Origin: Carpediemonas membranifera BICM
Taxonomy: Eukaryota > Protista > Fornicata
DNA: 64,000 nt
Direction of reading: 5' to 3'
Assembly (NCBI GenBank): GCA_019828565.1
Contig: JAHDYR010000033.1
Span: forward strand, 62,001-126,000
The translations under genes were made by a program, and so were the position numbers. The notes below the pieces were generated by a model that saw nothing but the letters and a program-made list of their open reading frames with translations, ran no database searches and was not told the origin of the DNA. Of this stretch, positions 45,719 through 56,644 are shown in pieces (within the stretch, counting starts at the first letter, position 1; the number at the start of each line of letters is the position of its first letter).

Positions 45719-47662
45719 TTATTTATATATCGCATATATCCGGAGATACCAATTTGGGAAGAGACTTGCGATTGTGGCATCGGTGACGTGATCCGATGAG
45801 TAATAAAGGGCCTGAAGCTTTCCAATCAGGAAAATAAATGAGCGAAGGGTGCTGTCAAATCCATCAATGTGATCATTCACGAGAGTGGCCAGCTTCCGCC
45901 GATTCCACCTCTGCTCGTTGCAACCCGTGGTCCTCTTAAAGTCGGCCTCAATCTTGTCTAATGTGTAAACATTGGAACCTGCACAGCTTTTCTTGATCAA
46001 TCCAAGGACAATCCAAAGATCCTTCATCAAATAATGGCTTATATGCATGACTGGCGGAATAAGCAAGGTCCCCGCGAACATTGGCTGGATTTCATGGATA
46101 CCACTAGACGTCAGGCGACTGAAACAACACATATCGATATTGCGTCCGTCTGCCTGCCCAAAACGCTGTGTGTCAGGGGTAAGCCCGTTGAAACGCAAGC
46201 TGACAGTGTCGCGTAGTGTCAAACGATTACACCTGTCCTTAAATGGATCGGTTGCGACGTAGAACATGTTAAGAGAGGAGAATGGTGAGCGGTAATAGCC
46301 ACCCCGCTTCACACCTGAGACAATTTGAAGAGCCTTGTGATCACCGCTAAGACCAAGGAGTCGCACGATGATTCTACTAGCTGGCCTGTAGTGACTCACG
46401 CCAGAAGGAAGCGGCACATCAACCAATGAGCGAAGCAGGCGCTCGATCGTGCCAAAGAAATCCGGTAAGAACTTCTCAGACCCTTGATACATGAGAAGAG
46501 TCATGGGAGGAGTTATTCGCTGTGGTAGAACACACCCTGTCCTGTCAAATAGTCTGAACTTCACTGCCGTAGCATCAGCTCGATATCCATCAAACCAGAC
46601 GATCAAATCTATCGTTTGCTCTCTGGAATCATCGGCAACAACAGAGCCCATCAAAGCCTTTTTGTAAGCCTTAATATCGCGTTCAATCCGTGAAGGATGC
46701 TGCAGGCAAAACTTAACAAGCGCGAGTGGGTCATAAGTCACAGATTTGACAACAATGCGCTCTTTTCTGGCACAGATATCAACAGCTGAAAACTTCAAAT
46801 CCGTACAGATCTCCTTTGCCCGACTGAGTGTCTCTGCATTCTCGTGGCAGACGAACACTCGACCAGCGCCATTTCCAAGCTTCTCGTGGTGATACACATA
46901 GGCGCACTCAAGGTGCTGCAATCTCATGTAGAGATCAGGCAGCCGGGCGCTGTCATCTTCATTGTCAGAAACTTTCACAGGTACGTAGAACACATTCGTG
47001 ACGGAAACTGCCTGTGAGAATCCGGCAGCACAGTTCATCTGCAGTGACTGTGTCGTAACACCATCATGACCAGTCACATCCTTGTGCTCAGGCGTGAACG
47101 CCATCATATCATGGATGAGCGTGGGCGTGCGCTGTAACACACACTTCATTTCATCTCTTGAAACTATGTCATATCCCAAGCTATCAAGACTCTGGACAGC
47201 AGGTGGTGTATAGGCTTCAAGGGCCGTCCTCAACCCCATGTTATCTGCCAAGTCAAGGAACACCTTTCTGAGGCGAGAAAACTTATTGATGCCAAGATCG
47301 ACGGCCAAAATCGTTGACATCGCCTTGTACAGTGGGAGCGCTTCGTCCCTGATATCCCTTCGCGTCACACGCACATGATGGTTGCTAGCTCGTTGCGCGT
47401 GTAGTTTTTGCCAATCCTCATCAACAATCGCCTTTCGAAGCGGCATTTCTACGCCCTTTGTCGCTCTAGCTGTACGCGACAAGAACTGAATCAGACAACG
47501 CTTGCATTGTTCTTTGGAGTCACAAGTGAAAGCTCCTTGTCTGTTCTTCCGCAAGAATTCGTCGAGAATTGCTGAAACGATCTCCTTCAAGGTGCTATTG
47601 TCCAAGAACTCGATCACAGCGTCATCTGTCACAGTGGATAGTTGAAATGATGCGTTACTCAT
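45719..47662 (-). CDS. RAG1/Transib-like (CMC-type) DDE transposase, copy 1, C-terminally shortened
   Basis: VWFDGY (D1), LSGDHKALQIVSG (D2) and PPVMHISH; paralogous to 50090-52611 but lacks the segment with the third acidic residue. Confidence 0.6.
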   Translation of the reverse strand: MSNASFQLSTVTDDAVIEFLDNSTLKEIVSAILDEFLRKNRQGAFTCDSKEQCKRCLIQFLSRTARATKGVEMPLRKAIVDEDWQKLHAQRASNHHVRVTRRDIRDEALPLYKAMSTILAVDLGINKFSRLRKVFLDLADNMGLRTALEAYTPPAVQSLDSLGYDIVSRDEMKCVLQRTPTLIHDMMAFTPEHKDVTGHDGVTTQSLQMNCAAGFSQAVSVTNVFYVPVKVSDNEDDSARLPDLYMRLQHLECAYVYHHEKLGNGAGRVFVCHENAETLSRAKEICTDLKFSAVDICARKERIVVKSVTYDPLALVKFCLQHPSRIERDIKAYKKALMGSVVADDSREQTIDLIVWFDGYRADATAVKFRLFDRTGCVLPQRITPPMTLLMYQGSEKFLPDFFGTIERLLRSLVDVPLPSGVSHYRPASRIIVRLLGLSGDHKALQIVSGVKRGGYYRSPFSSLNMFYVATDPFKDRCNRLTLRDTVSLRFNGLTPDTQRFGQADGRNIDMCCFSRLTSSGIHEIQPMFAGTLLIPPVMHISHYLMKDLWIVLGLIKKSCAGSNVYTLDKIEADFKRTTGCNEQRWNRRKLATLVNDHIDGFDSTLRSFIFLIGKLQALYYSSDHVTDATIASLFPNWYLRIYAIYK

Positions 47663-48616
47663 TCTGAGATGTCTTATGCCCTAAAGTGCACGGCCATGTG
47701 GCTTTCATCAACAGGCCCGTCACATCAGCCATATCAGGGTGACTAGTAAGGCAAGCTAAGCAGATATTCAGCTGCATGAATGCCGCCACTTGCCCCGAAT
47801 TGTTCTGATTTCATTTAGTGTGCACTTTAGGGGATAGTTTCATTGCAACGCCAAAATGGCGAGTTCAGGTTGTAGCAATGATCTGATGCGCGGAACGTAC
47901 TAGAAAACATTGCAATTACAACGCAAAGCAGCGAAAAGCGGAGAAATCAACATCAATAAGAAGAGAGAGCAGGAAAAGCACCAGAAGTAAATGGCGAGTG
48001 ATTATCAACTGGATGCAGAGGCTGAGCAGCGTAACTAGCCTGCCAGGGTCCGTGTACACAGTATGTGTCTTGGCCAAGCTTGACTTCGTCGGTTGGCCGA
48101 AAAAGCATAAACTGCACGGGTCCAGGTCGGCAACCGTTGCCGACCTGGAAGCCGCTCCTTGGGCGTTGAAGAACAGAAGAGAAAGCGATCAGCGATGCTT
48201 TTATGCAGTATTAAGCAGGTTGTGCGCGTAAAATGTCCGGTAATGCATTCGTCACCATCTAATCAACATCAACTCTTTTTCTCGGCAATGCAGAGGAGAA
48301 TGCCCGTCACTAAAGGATGATTTGGTACTAACAGGCTTTTAATAAGCATGTCAAGCCTGTGATCACGATAACAGCCTTCAATAACTACATCAAGGCAATA
48401 CATCAAGAAGATTGTTTAAAGAGACGGCGGGGAGCAAGATGCAGGGAGAGCGGCAGGGAAACGAAGGCATGGGGACAGGAGCCCGAGAAGAGCGCCTGGA
48501 GAACGGTGAGGAAGAACGGCGGGGAAGAGCAGCCGGGCGCATGGGTACACACATCTGTCATCATGTGGCATCAACATTGCCACAGTGGTCAACTCAATAA
48601 CAAGCAATGTCTTCAT

Positions 48617-49899
48617 TTACTCACTGTTCTGGATCACCAATTCGTACGACGAGTAACAGTCGGGACAGAGCCGAATCTTGGGAATCGACTTGCCACAGAT
48701 GACAATCTTCAGCAGCTCCATCTGTACGCAGTTGGCAGAGTTACAGAACCAGTGCCCGCACTGCCTACAGTGCACGGCTGAGTCGTTGCGTCGGCATGCG
48801 TAACACTTCTTCTCATTGAGGCAATAGCTACACGTGTATTTCCAGCGACCCTTAGTGGACTCGGCCCAGTTCTTGTTCTTTCCAGTCTTAGGCCGGGGAG
48901 GGACACAGCGTGAGTTGTCGTGGAAGTTCACTTTGCATTCCTGGCAAGTCACAAACTTTGACGTCACGCGATTGTCGATCCAGTCCAGACTGTGGCAATG
49001 GCCGCAACAGAAACAAAGCAGCCTATTCTGAATGTCGAGAATCGAGAAAGAATCATCACCGACCTCAGACACATCGTCATCGTTGTCCCCTTGGCTGGCC
49101 AGACGTGCCTCCACGGTGGCGAGCCTCTGATCGACACTCATCGCGACACGGTGAACATCGTGCAGCACAATCGACTCGCGAGGCGCTTGAGGGGAAGCTG
49201 GAGAGGGAACCGAAGTGGGACCGGACGATGAGTGCAGGAAAGGCTTCACTTTTCACGCAAAGCTCTTGCTTCACGTGTGTAAGGGCGGGGGTGGCAGGGT
49301 TGGGGATTTCAACTGTTCTGCACTTGCCCACAAATCTCTCCGGGTCATTGATATCGGGCACACAGAGATTAAAGTCTCGGGAGTCGAGATTATCTGGCAC
49401 AGGAATATTGAGTCTCGACAGGACGGATCTGATCGCGCTGGTTAGCTCCGAACGGACTGGGCGAGGAGCTCTTGCAGAGAGCATGGACAACCTTGGGTTT
49501 CCCGTCAGATATGGCCACAGTCACCCCCATCGTCTCAGCCCAATCTCGGACGTTCTTCGCAACAACCCTTCCCATCGAGACGCCAGGTTTCAACTTCAGC
49601 TCATCGAGGAAGTCCGGTGTTTCGGAGCACGGCTGAAGAAACGACACGATGATGTGGTTGAACGCATTTCCGAGCTTTTTGATGGACAGGCCAGTTGGGT
49701 TTGAGTCAAAGACGTCAAACGCAAACGTGAAGAAGGCCTTAAGCATGCCCATCATGAGAATTGACCGGCAAGTACTCAAAGCGGTTGTGTTCCACTTCGT
49801 CATCGGTCTCGATCTCTTAGAAACAGCCTTAACTGCATGATCGTCCGCCATGTTCTCATTTACGGCCGCGCGCTTCGTTTCTAGCTCCGTTTCTGTCAT
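48617..49899 (-). CDS. PHD-finger / Cys-rich zinc-finger protein, probably one gene broken into three overlapping frames
   Basis: CFCC..CQEC..FH..C..CSYC (C4HC3-like), then CYAC..CRQC..CNSANC..CPDC. Same-strand ORFs 49390-49899, 49077-49490 and 48617-49249 overlap in series. Confidence 0.6.
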
Positions 49900-50089
49900 T
49901 CCAGAGTAGATTTTCTACTAAAAATTGGCATTGTTACAACCAATCATTAACATTAATAGAGAAGGAGAATAAAGACTCACCAGCCCGCGGCCAATCGTGA
50001 CTCAGGTTCGCATCAGACGTCGAAAGAGACGAGTTAAACATGAGGCTGGGCAATTGTCTTCTGAGCTAATCCTTAACCTTTCAAAGAGG

Positions 50090-52611
50090 ATGCTAATACC
50101 GAAGTGGACGCTATTACACGGCACTATTTATGCTCCTCAAGAGGATACTGGCATCAACACCATTCTATGCAGCGTGTACCTTTCCATTGACTCAGATAAC
50201 GTCAGCACACATCGGTTTCGTGTTTCCAAAGCTCCCCAACGCCGTGAGTTCGTCCAGGTTGTTCAAGAGTTGCTCAGTGCAGGATATATATGTCGCCAGG
50301 ATGTTTCAAAGCAGCTGTACCCCTCTCCGACTGCCACATCTATCGCTGCGGAGAAGAGGAATCACACGACTTACCCAAGAGCCTACGTGAAGCATACATC
50401 CGCAGTTGACACTCTCGCAGCCGAGAATGAGTGTCTACGGAAGCGTCTGGCCGACACGGAGCGCCTGATTCAACTAACGAACCAGCTCAAGTCCATCACA
50501 AACGGATACAATGCCGTTAACGACGAGATCCGCATAATGAACTCTCTTGCAGGTAGGCTTAACCTTGATATTGTGCGGATATCTCCTGTTACCTCGAAGA
50601 TCAAGTCTCTCGCGTGTAATATCCAGAATATGGAGGAGATAGAATCACTTCTCCAATCTGACACCGCTTGGAGGAGATTTATCCGCAGTCACGTTCCCGC
50701 CAACATTCAGCACAGGGTAACGGCGAGAAGGTCTGATCAGGCCAATCAGGAATATGAGCTCGACCTCATCACCCATGTCGAAGCTCCTCTTGATGTTGTA
50801 CGATCATCTATTCAGGGCGACTCGGCCCATGCAGAGCACGTTGCAGGAAAGATCGTCGTCTTCTATGACTCAGAGCAGGACCGTGAGACTCACTATAGCA
50901 TCATGAAAGAGCAAGGCCTCACCCCTCGGATGCAGACGAGTGCAAGATATACCCATGTATATCATGCATCATTTGATATCATGGAGTATTATCGCCAAGC
51001 GGTTGCATTCCCCGTATCGCTGGAGACGTCACGATCCGGGCGCAAGAGTGCAGCTCGGACATTAAGACGACAGAGTCATTCCGCTGAGACGGGGACGATC
51101 CCACTCGTGTTAGAGTTGTGGGTCGATGCGTGGAGAGGGCTGACAACCGCTGTTAAGATTCGTTTCCTCGACGACTCCCACAAAGTCTTTCCGTCTGGTG
51201 CGACTCCTCCTTTCCGGATTCTTGAATACAACGGCCCAGAAAGTCTCATCACTGAGCATTTTGCCTTCATTGAACAGTCCATCGAGAGCACACACCGCGA
51301 GGTGCTGGAAGTCAGGAACACGGGTCTCCTCTGCCGAGTAACGCGTGTCTTTATTATCGCTGACCATCCAGCCATGTCCAAGGTTTGCGGGGCACTCATT
51401 GGAGGCAATTACCCCTCGCCATTCAGTCCCGTTCATTCGAAGAACAAGGGCTGGAGTCCCTTTGGTCGCACCCCGCGCTGCACCTTGGCAGATATCCTGC
51501 TGGCGAAGCATAAGTCACAGTTCGACACTATTATGGACAGAGAGGCCAAATGGGGATCCTTCTATAACCATCAGAAGAAGTGCATCGCTCCCACTTTGTT
51601 TGAGACGTCGACTGCGTCGCTGCCCAGAGACTGCGTCTTCTTATTCCCTCCAATCATGCATGTCAGTCATGACTTTGTGTCGTTGATTCATGCCATGTGC
51701 CGCATGTTCAAGCCAGAGCCAATTGACCCAGAGAGCGACCCTCGTCAAATTAAGGAGGTGAAGGCAAGGAACGCGATGCTAGCGAATCTGGCGTCGTTTG
51801 AGCCACCCAGCCGTACGACGGGCTGCAACGAGCAAGTCAAGGGGAGAAAGATGATAGCATCGATTGGACTTAAGCTGCATCGTGCGTTCCCGCCCCCGTG
51901 CAGTCATTATTCATACTCGCTGCATACCTCCAGGAGCACTACTATTCCCACGAGGATGTAACTGAGAACATGGTCGTGTGGCATCGCTTGACAGCACTTC
52001 TCGTGCACCTCTTCTCTGTGACCATGTGTCTTAGCACATCTAACACGGTTGCCCCAGACATTCCGATCCGTCAACCATCTGCGACTCCCGATACGGCGCC
52101 GTGTGTTGATACACTTCACGGATTGGCGCGTATTGCCGCGCTGCCGGATATACAAGCGAAGACTCGGGCTTCCTTTGGTCGAGTCATCGAAGAGTGCTTT
52201 GAACGTGATTTCATTGGGAATCAGGAGAGTCGAGTGCGATTGCGTCAGAACCAGACGGTTCTTGAGAGCACTATTCTGAAGGAGCAGGTTGAGTTGCTGT
52301 TCAGATGCCTTCGTGGAGTGATTTCCTACGGAAGACGCGAAACAGATGTCCCACCCCAGTCACCCCTGAAACATATGCGCATTCATAAGTGTTGTAAGGA
52401 TGCCAATTGGTGGCTTCGTATCCGGAGTGTGCATTCTAAGACGCTGACAGCGACTGAGTGCCAAAAGCTGCACATGGTGTTTACGAAGGAAGTCAACGGC
52501 CTATGGCGCACTGTCTTGTCGAAAGCAGACTGTACCTTTGACTCAGACTGGCTGTATGTTCCCATTCACGAGCAGGGACACACTCTTGATGTTTGCATAT
52601 GTAAGAGATAG
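50090..52611 (+). CDS. RAG1/Transib-like (CMC-type) DDE transposase, copy 2, frameshift near 51895
   Basis: LWVDAW (D1), IADHPAMSKVCG (D2), PPIMHVSH, TLHGL and FGRVIEECFE (E3 region). Confidence 0.62.
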
Positions 52612-52660
52612 TAAAGATCGGATTTAGTCTCGCGGTCAATCTCACGTGGCCCAGAGCAGC

Positions 52661-52711
52661 GTGCTCCTGGAATCAACAGGGCATAAAACACCCTGCGTAT
52701 TCCGGTAGCAC
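52661..52711 (+). other. Conserved 51-nt stem-loop 3' of transposase copy 2
   Basis: Nested stems GTGCT/AGCAC, CTGGAAT/ATTCCGG and CAGGG/CCCTG. Confidence 0.7.
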
Positions 52712-52815
52712 ACCGTTCTGACTCATACGTCCGTCTCTGGTTGTCGTATACAGGTCTATTTACGTGTTTGGCGATGGCGCTCCCTTAAATCTGCTTGAAC
52801 AGCGTGTCGTGGCTG

Positions 52816-53022
52816 TCAGTATGCTGCAAATGTCTCAGCGAGAAAGGAGTCACCAATCGCGTTCAGCTTTCTTGTTTCTCGCCTGATAAGGCTCGTAATA
52901 TCGTTCAAGCGTGAATCTATGAAGTAATGGGACTGAATGGCCTCTATTGCGTCAATTTCTTGCGTAATCGTTGTTGAATGGCCTAGAATAGATGTTGCAG
53001 CTGCTTCCAGCTCCTGTTGCAT
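52816..53022 (-). CDS. Small helical hypothetical ORF convergent on transposase copy 2
   Basis: 68-aa ORF with ATG start and a TGCACTTT motif about 55 nt upstream. Confidence 0.35.
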   Translation of the reverse strand: MQQELEAAATSILGHSTTITQEIDAIEAIQSHYFIDSRLNDITSLIRRETRKLNAIGDSFLAETFAAY

Positions 53023-53905
53023 AGTATATGCTGTGTTTTGGATAATTGGTCGTGTTCAGGCAGAATTTTTTCGTGCAAAGTGCAGGCTAATACGCGCCCT
53101 TAAACTGTGGGATCAGCCGATGGGTAAATATACTGAGAAAAAACCATATAGCTGAGTTCACTGTCTTGTGCTGAATACGGTGGTGCCATTTATTTCTCTG
53201 AATCGCTAAGTTTTGTCAGCGTTGACCGCGCACGACCGGTCGTCCTTACGCGATGTCACCAACACCATCATATTCTTCCCCCTGATATTCTACGTGTCCC
53301 CCAGTCTGGATTCGTGGTCTGCAATATTCACAGAGATATTCGCCTTCTCTTTCGCGAATTTGACTCTGATCAAGTCGAAAACCGAAAAAACGACCATATC
53401 TCGAAATCTACACGTTGGAATCGGTACCAGAGTGATTTTGCGCATATGTACATCCCGTCAGCAGTCTGCAAAATCACTCTCATACCGATTCCAACGTGTC
53501 AATTTTGAGATATTGCTCGTTTCATCGTTTTGCCTTAACCTGCGTCGCAAAGAAGTCGAAATCAGTGCTTAGACCGCACTTTACCTCTTTACAGGCTCTC
53601 TGCATACGCGCTTTAGTATGCAATGAAGGTATTCATTTTCCCGTAAATTGTTTAAATTCAATGAATACTTCATTTTCGGTCCGGAAGAAATAGATAATCT
53701 AGGGTTTTTAGGCCCTAGATTATCTAGAAAAAATCGTAGATTATCTACCGACTTTCACAGTATGGCGAGCATAAAGTGCGCGAATGCGCGGGTCAGTTCC
53801 CCCGTTTTCAGCGAAGCTGATGCGACAACACAGAGGCAAGCGAATCCTTACACCTCAGGCGTTTCCAAGAGGCCGTTGTCTGCCAGGATCTATAAGCAGT
53901 GATGA

Positions 53906-54233
53906 GATATACGGATTTCAGACTTTCTGCCTGCACGACCTCAAATGTTGACTCCCCTCGGCACCGAAAAGGCACCTATATCCATGAATACCCTCTACAG
54001 TGATGTATCCACCCGATAAATGGATTTCAAATTTGTCGGGTCTCATGATAAATGGATTTCAGACTTTCGTACTGTTGGCCAGCTGAGAATTTATGAACGA
54101 CCTCTAGAATATTTTGAAATGCAAGAACGTGCCTATGGCACTCTTTTGTACCCCTGAACACGGGTTGACCACTGTTTTGGGCATTTGGAGATTCGAATTT
54201 TTGTGCATGACGAAAGTCTGAAATCCGTATATC
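53906..54233. repeat. 22-bp perfect inverted repeat with two internal partial direct copies
   Basis: GATATACGGATTTCAGACTTTC at 53906-53927, reverse complement at 54212-54233; variants at 54015-54034 and 54047-54068. Confidence 0.85.
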
Positions 54234-54234
54234 G

Positions 54235-55457
54235 ATGGAAGGAAGCCCGCAGGAGATGGAAACAACCATGGAAGCTGTGAAGAATGCTTGGTTGTGCACC
54301 ATCAGTAAGAAATCTTCCCGGAAAGCGGCTGCAAACAACCTTTCGCGGTTCGTTCAATTCTTACAACGTGAGCGAGGGAGTACCGAGGACGAAGCGCTCT
54401 CCGTGATCCGGTCCGAGGAGGTTAGATCGCTTGTGCCCGGTTTTGCTGCATCATTGAACAAGGCAACCGCTGCTGTCACTCTCAGTGCCGTCAACTCATT
54501 CCGAAACTCCGGCAGAGACAATGTCAAGCCGCTTGGGCAGTTTGAGCCTGTCGCATCGGAAGCTATTGTCCGACTAGTCTTCCCCTACAATGCGCTGGCT
54601 CTTATCATCAGCCACACGGGCATGACTGCCACATCAGCCCGCGATATTGATGTGAGCGAGCTCCAGATTCCCCGGAACTCTCTGACTGGTTGCTATTCAC
54701 CGGGGCACCATCTGCGATGTCCGCTGTGATGCCTAGCACCTTCTCGCAGGCTCTCAAGTCGGTCGGGCTGAGTGTTAACCAGCTTCGCTATGCGCCCACT
54801 GTGCATGTCGATCTCAATCAGCTCAAGAAGCGGGTGATTGAGACACAAAGACGGACTGGCAGGCCCAGGGATCCGATCAAGGTTCGTAAGGTCATTAAGG
54901 ACAAGCGCATCAGCCTGACCGATGAGCAGTTCAGGCACCAGTTGGCGTCCAGTCACTTAACGACCACGCGGCGCCCAACGATCCTCGATCTCAACCCGGA
55001 GATCCGAAGCTCTGCCGACCTGGTGCCGCCGACGCTCGATAACTGGCTTTACAACAGGCTCAAGGCCAGAATGATCGAGCTTCACGATACTAAGAAGAAA
55101 GAGAGGCAGAGCGAGGCTGACAAGGAGGCGGAGTTCGGCTCGCCGACTCGCGAGACAGAGATGCCAGAGGGCGAGAGAGAGGGCGATACTGACGAGGAGG
55201 CGGTGTCCGACGAGCCAGCTTACCAGGCAGAGTGGATGCACTACGAGGTGCCAGCTCGCGAGGAGAGCGAGGAGGGCGCCTTTGGTGAGGAGGTGGACTT
55301 ATGCAAGAGTGCCGATGAGGAACCAAAGATCGACCACGACGAGCATGGCGGGGAGGTGGCGGGCAGAGATGGTGATGGGGAGATTCAAGAGAACGTGACT
55401 GATGAGGAGCGCTCAGAGAGCGATACTGCCGACAGTATCGTCTTTTCCTTCATCTGA
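54235..55457 (+). CDS. Degenerate tyrosine-recombinase-like protein with an acidic tail, frameshift near 54690-54720
   Basis: SAM-like N-terminus (SSRKAAANNLSRFVQFL), LIISHTGMTATSARDIDVSEL (TGxR box, R replaced by T) and GLSVNQLRY (HxLR box, H replaced by N). Confidence 0.45.
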
Positions 55458-55621
55458 CATTGTAAAGAGGAAGAGTTTATGATTGGAGCATAGCTGATGT
55501 CCATAAACACCATTCATAAGCCAGTCCTGTCTTGTTTTCCACTGCTACTTCTCTCGTTGCGACGCACAGCTAGCTGTCGCGAAATGCACTTTAAGACCGA
55601 ATTTCACACAGCTACCTGTGC

Positions 55622-56644
55622 ATGGTGTTTGAGCTAGATAGCGACAAGCTGGAGCGACTGACTTCCTTACCTGGTAATAGTAGACAATATCTGCACGACT
55701 TTGAACCTGAAAAGCTGCAGGTTGTGATCAAAGTTGATGAGCATTATGGTATGGAGGTTCCCACCCTGCTAGCGCTCAAGGACAGTCCGCATGTCCTCCC
55801 TGTCGTCGATACAGGTTTTGTCGACCGTGATCCAGCCTTCATGGCTCCTTTGGTCAACTGTACCCCCTTCGCTGGCATCTGCAAGGCTCACTCCAGCGTG
55901 CAGTTCCGCTATGTTTCGCATCTGCTGCAGGCAGTATGCTACATGCATGACCACGGGGTTGTCCATTGCGATATTAAGCCAGACAACTTCCTCTTCAGCA
56001 AGAGTCAGAAGGGATACCTCATTGATTTTGGGTCTGCAATGAGGAAGCCGGCTAATGGCGACGACAGGTGGGCCATACAACTGAGATTCGCATCCGAGTA
56101 TCGCGGCACCCATGGATATTTGCCCCCAGAGCTTTTCTACGAGTACCTTGTCTCGCGCTCAGTGATTCCTGCTGCACGCGACACCTCCAAGCTCGCGCGC
56201 ATGACGGCAGGGGCTCTTTCCGTCACTTCTTATGTCGTGACACCTGCATCGGACATTTACTCTTGCGGTATTGTCATTATGATGCTCGTTAACGGTCTCT
56301 CTAAGTCCCCCTTTGCCGCGAAGGTGACTGACATGGGTGCAAACATGGCGCAGATCGACAACAAGAAGAAGAAGAAGATGCTGAAGCTTGGTAGCTTGCT
56401 GAACTGGTGCCAATTCTATGGTGGGCAGTTGCAGTTGTCACCTCAGGCACAGACACATTTCAAAGATTGCCTCGAGTGTGTCAACGTGAACTCTGAGCTC
56501 CCGATTCGCGGCACCACGCCACCTACTTGTCTCAGCCTGTACGACCTGGCAATGCAGATGCTCCACATCGCCGATAAAAAATTGCAAATTTTGAGATACA
56601 GAAGATTGAATCTGTCCCCCAGAAAACCGAACATACTCCGATGA
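55622..56644 (+). CDS. Ser/Thr protein kinase, CDC7-like, no Gly-rich loop
   Basis: VVIK, HCDIKPDNFLF, LIDFGSA, GTHGYLPPE and SDIYSCG motifs. Confidence 0.8.
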   Translation: MVFELDSDKLERLTSLPGNSRQYLHDFEPEKLQVVIKVDEHYGMEVPTLLALKDSPHVLPVVDTGFVDRDPAFMAPLVNCTPFAGICKAHSSVQFRYVSHLLQAVCYMHDHGVVHCDIKPDNFLFSKSQKGYLIDFGSAMRKPANGDDRWAIQLRFASEYRGTHGYLPPELFYEYLVSRSVIPAARDTSKLARMTAGALSVTSYVVTPASDIYSCGIVIMMLVNGLSKSPFAAKVTDMGANMAQIDNKKKKKMLKLGSLLNWCQFYGGQLQLSPQAQTHFKDCLECVNVNSELPIRGTTPPTCLSLYDLAMQMLHIADKKLQILRYRRLNLSPRKPNILR

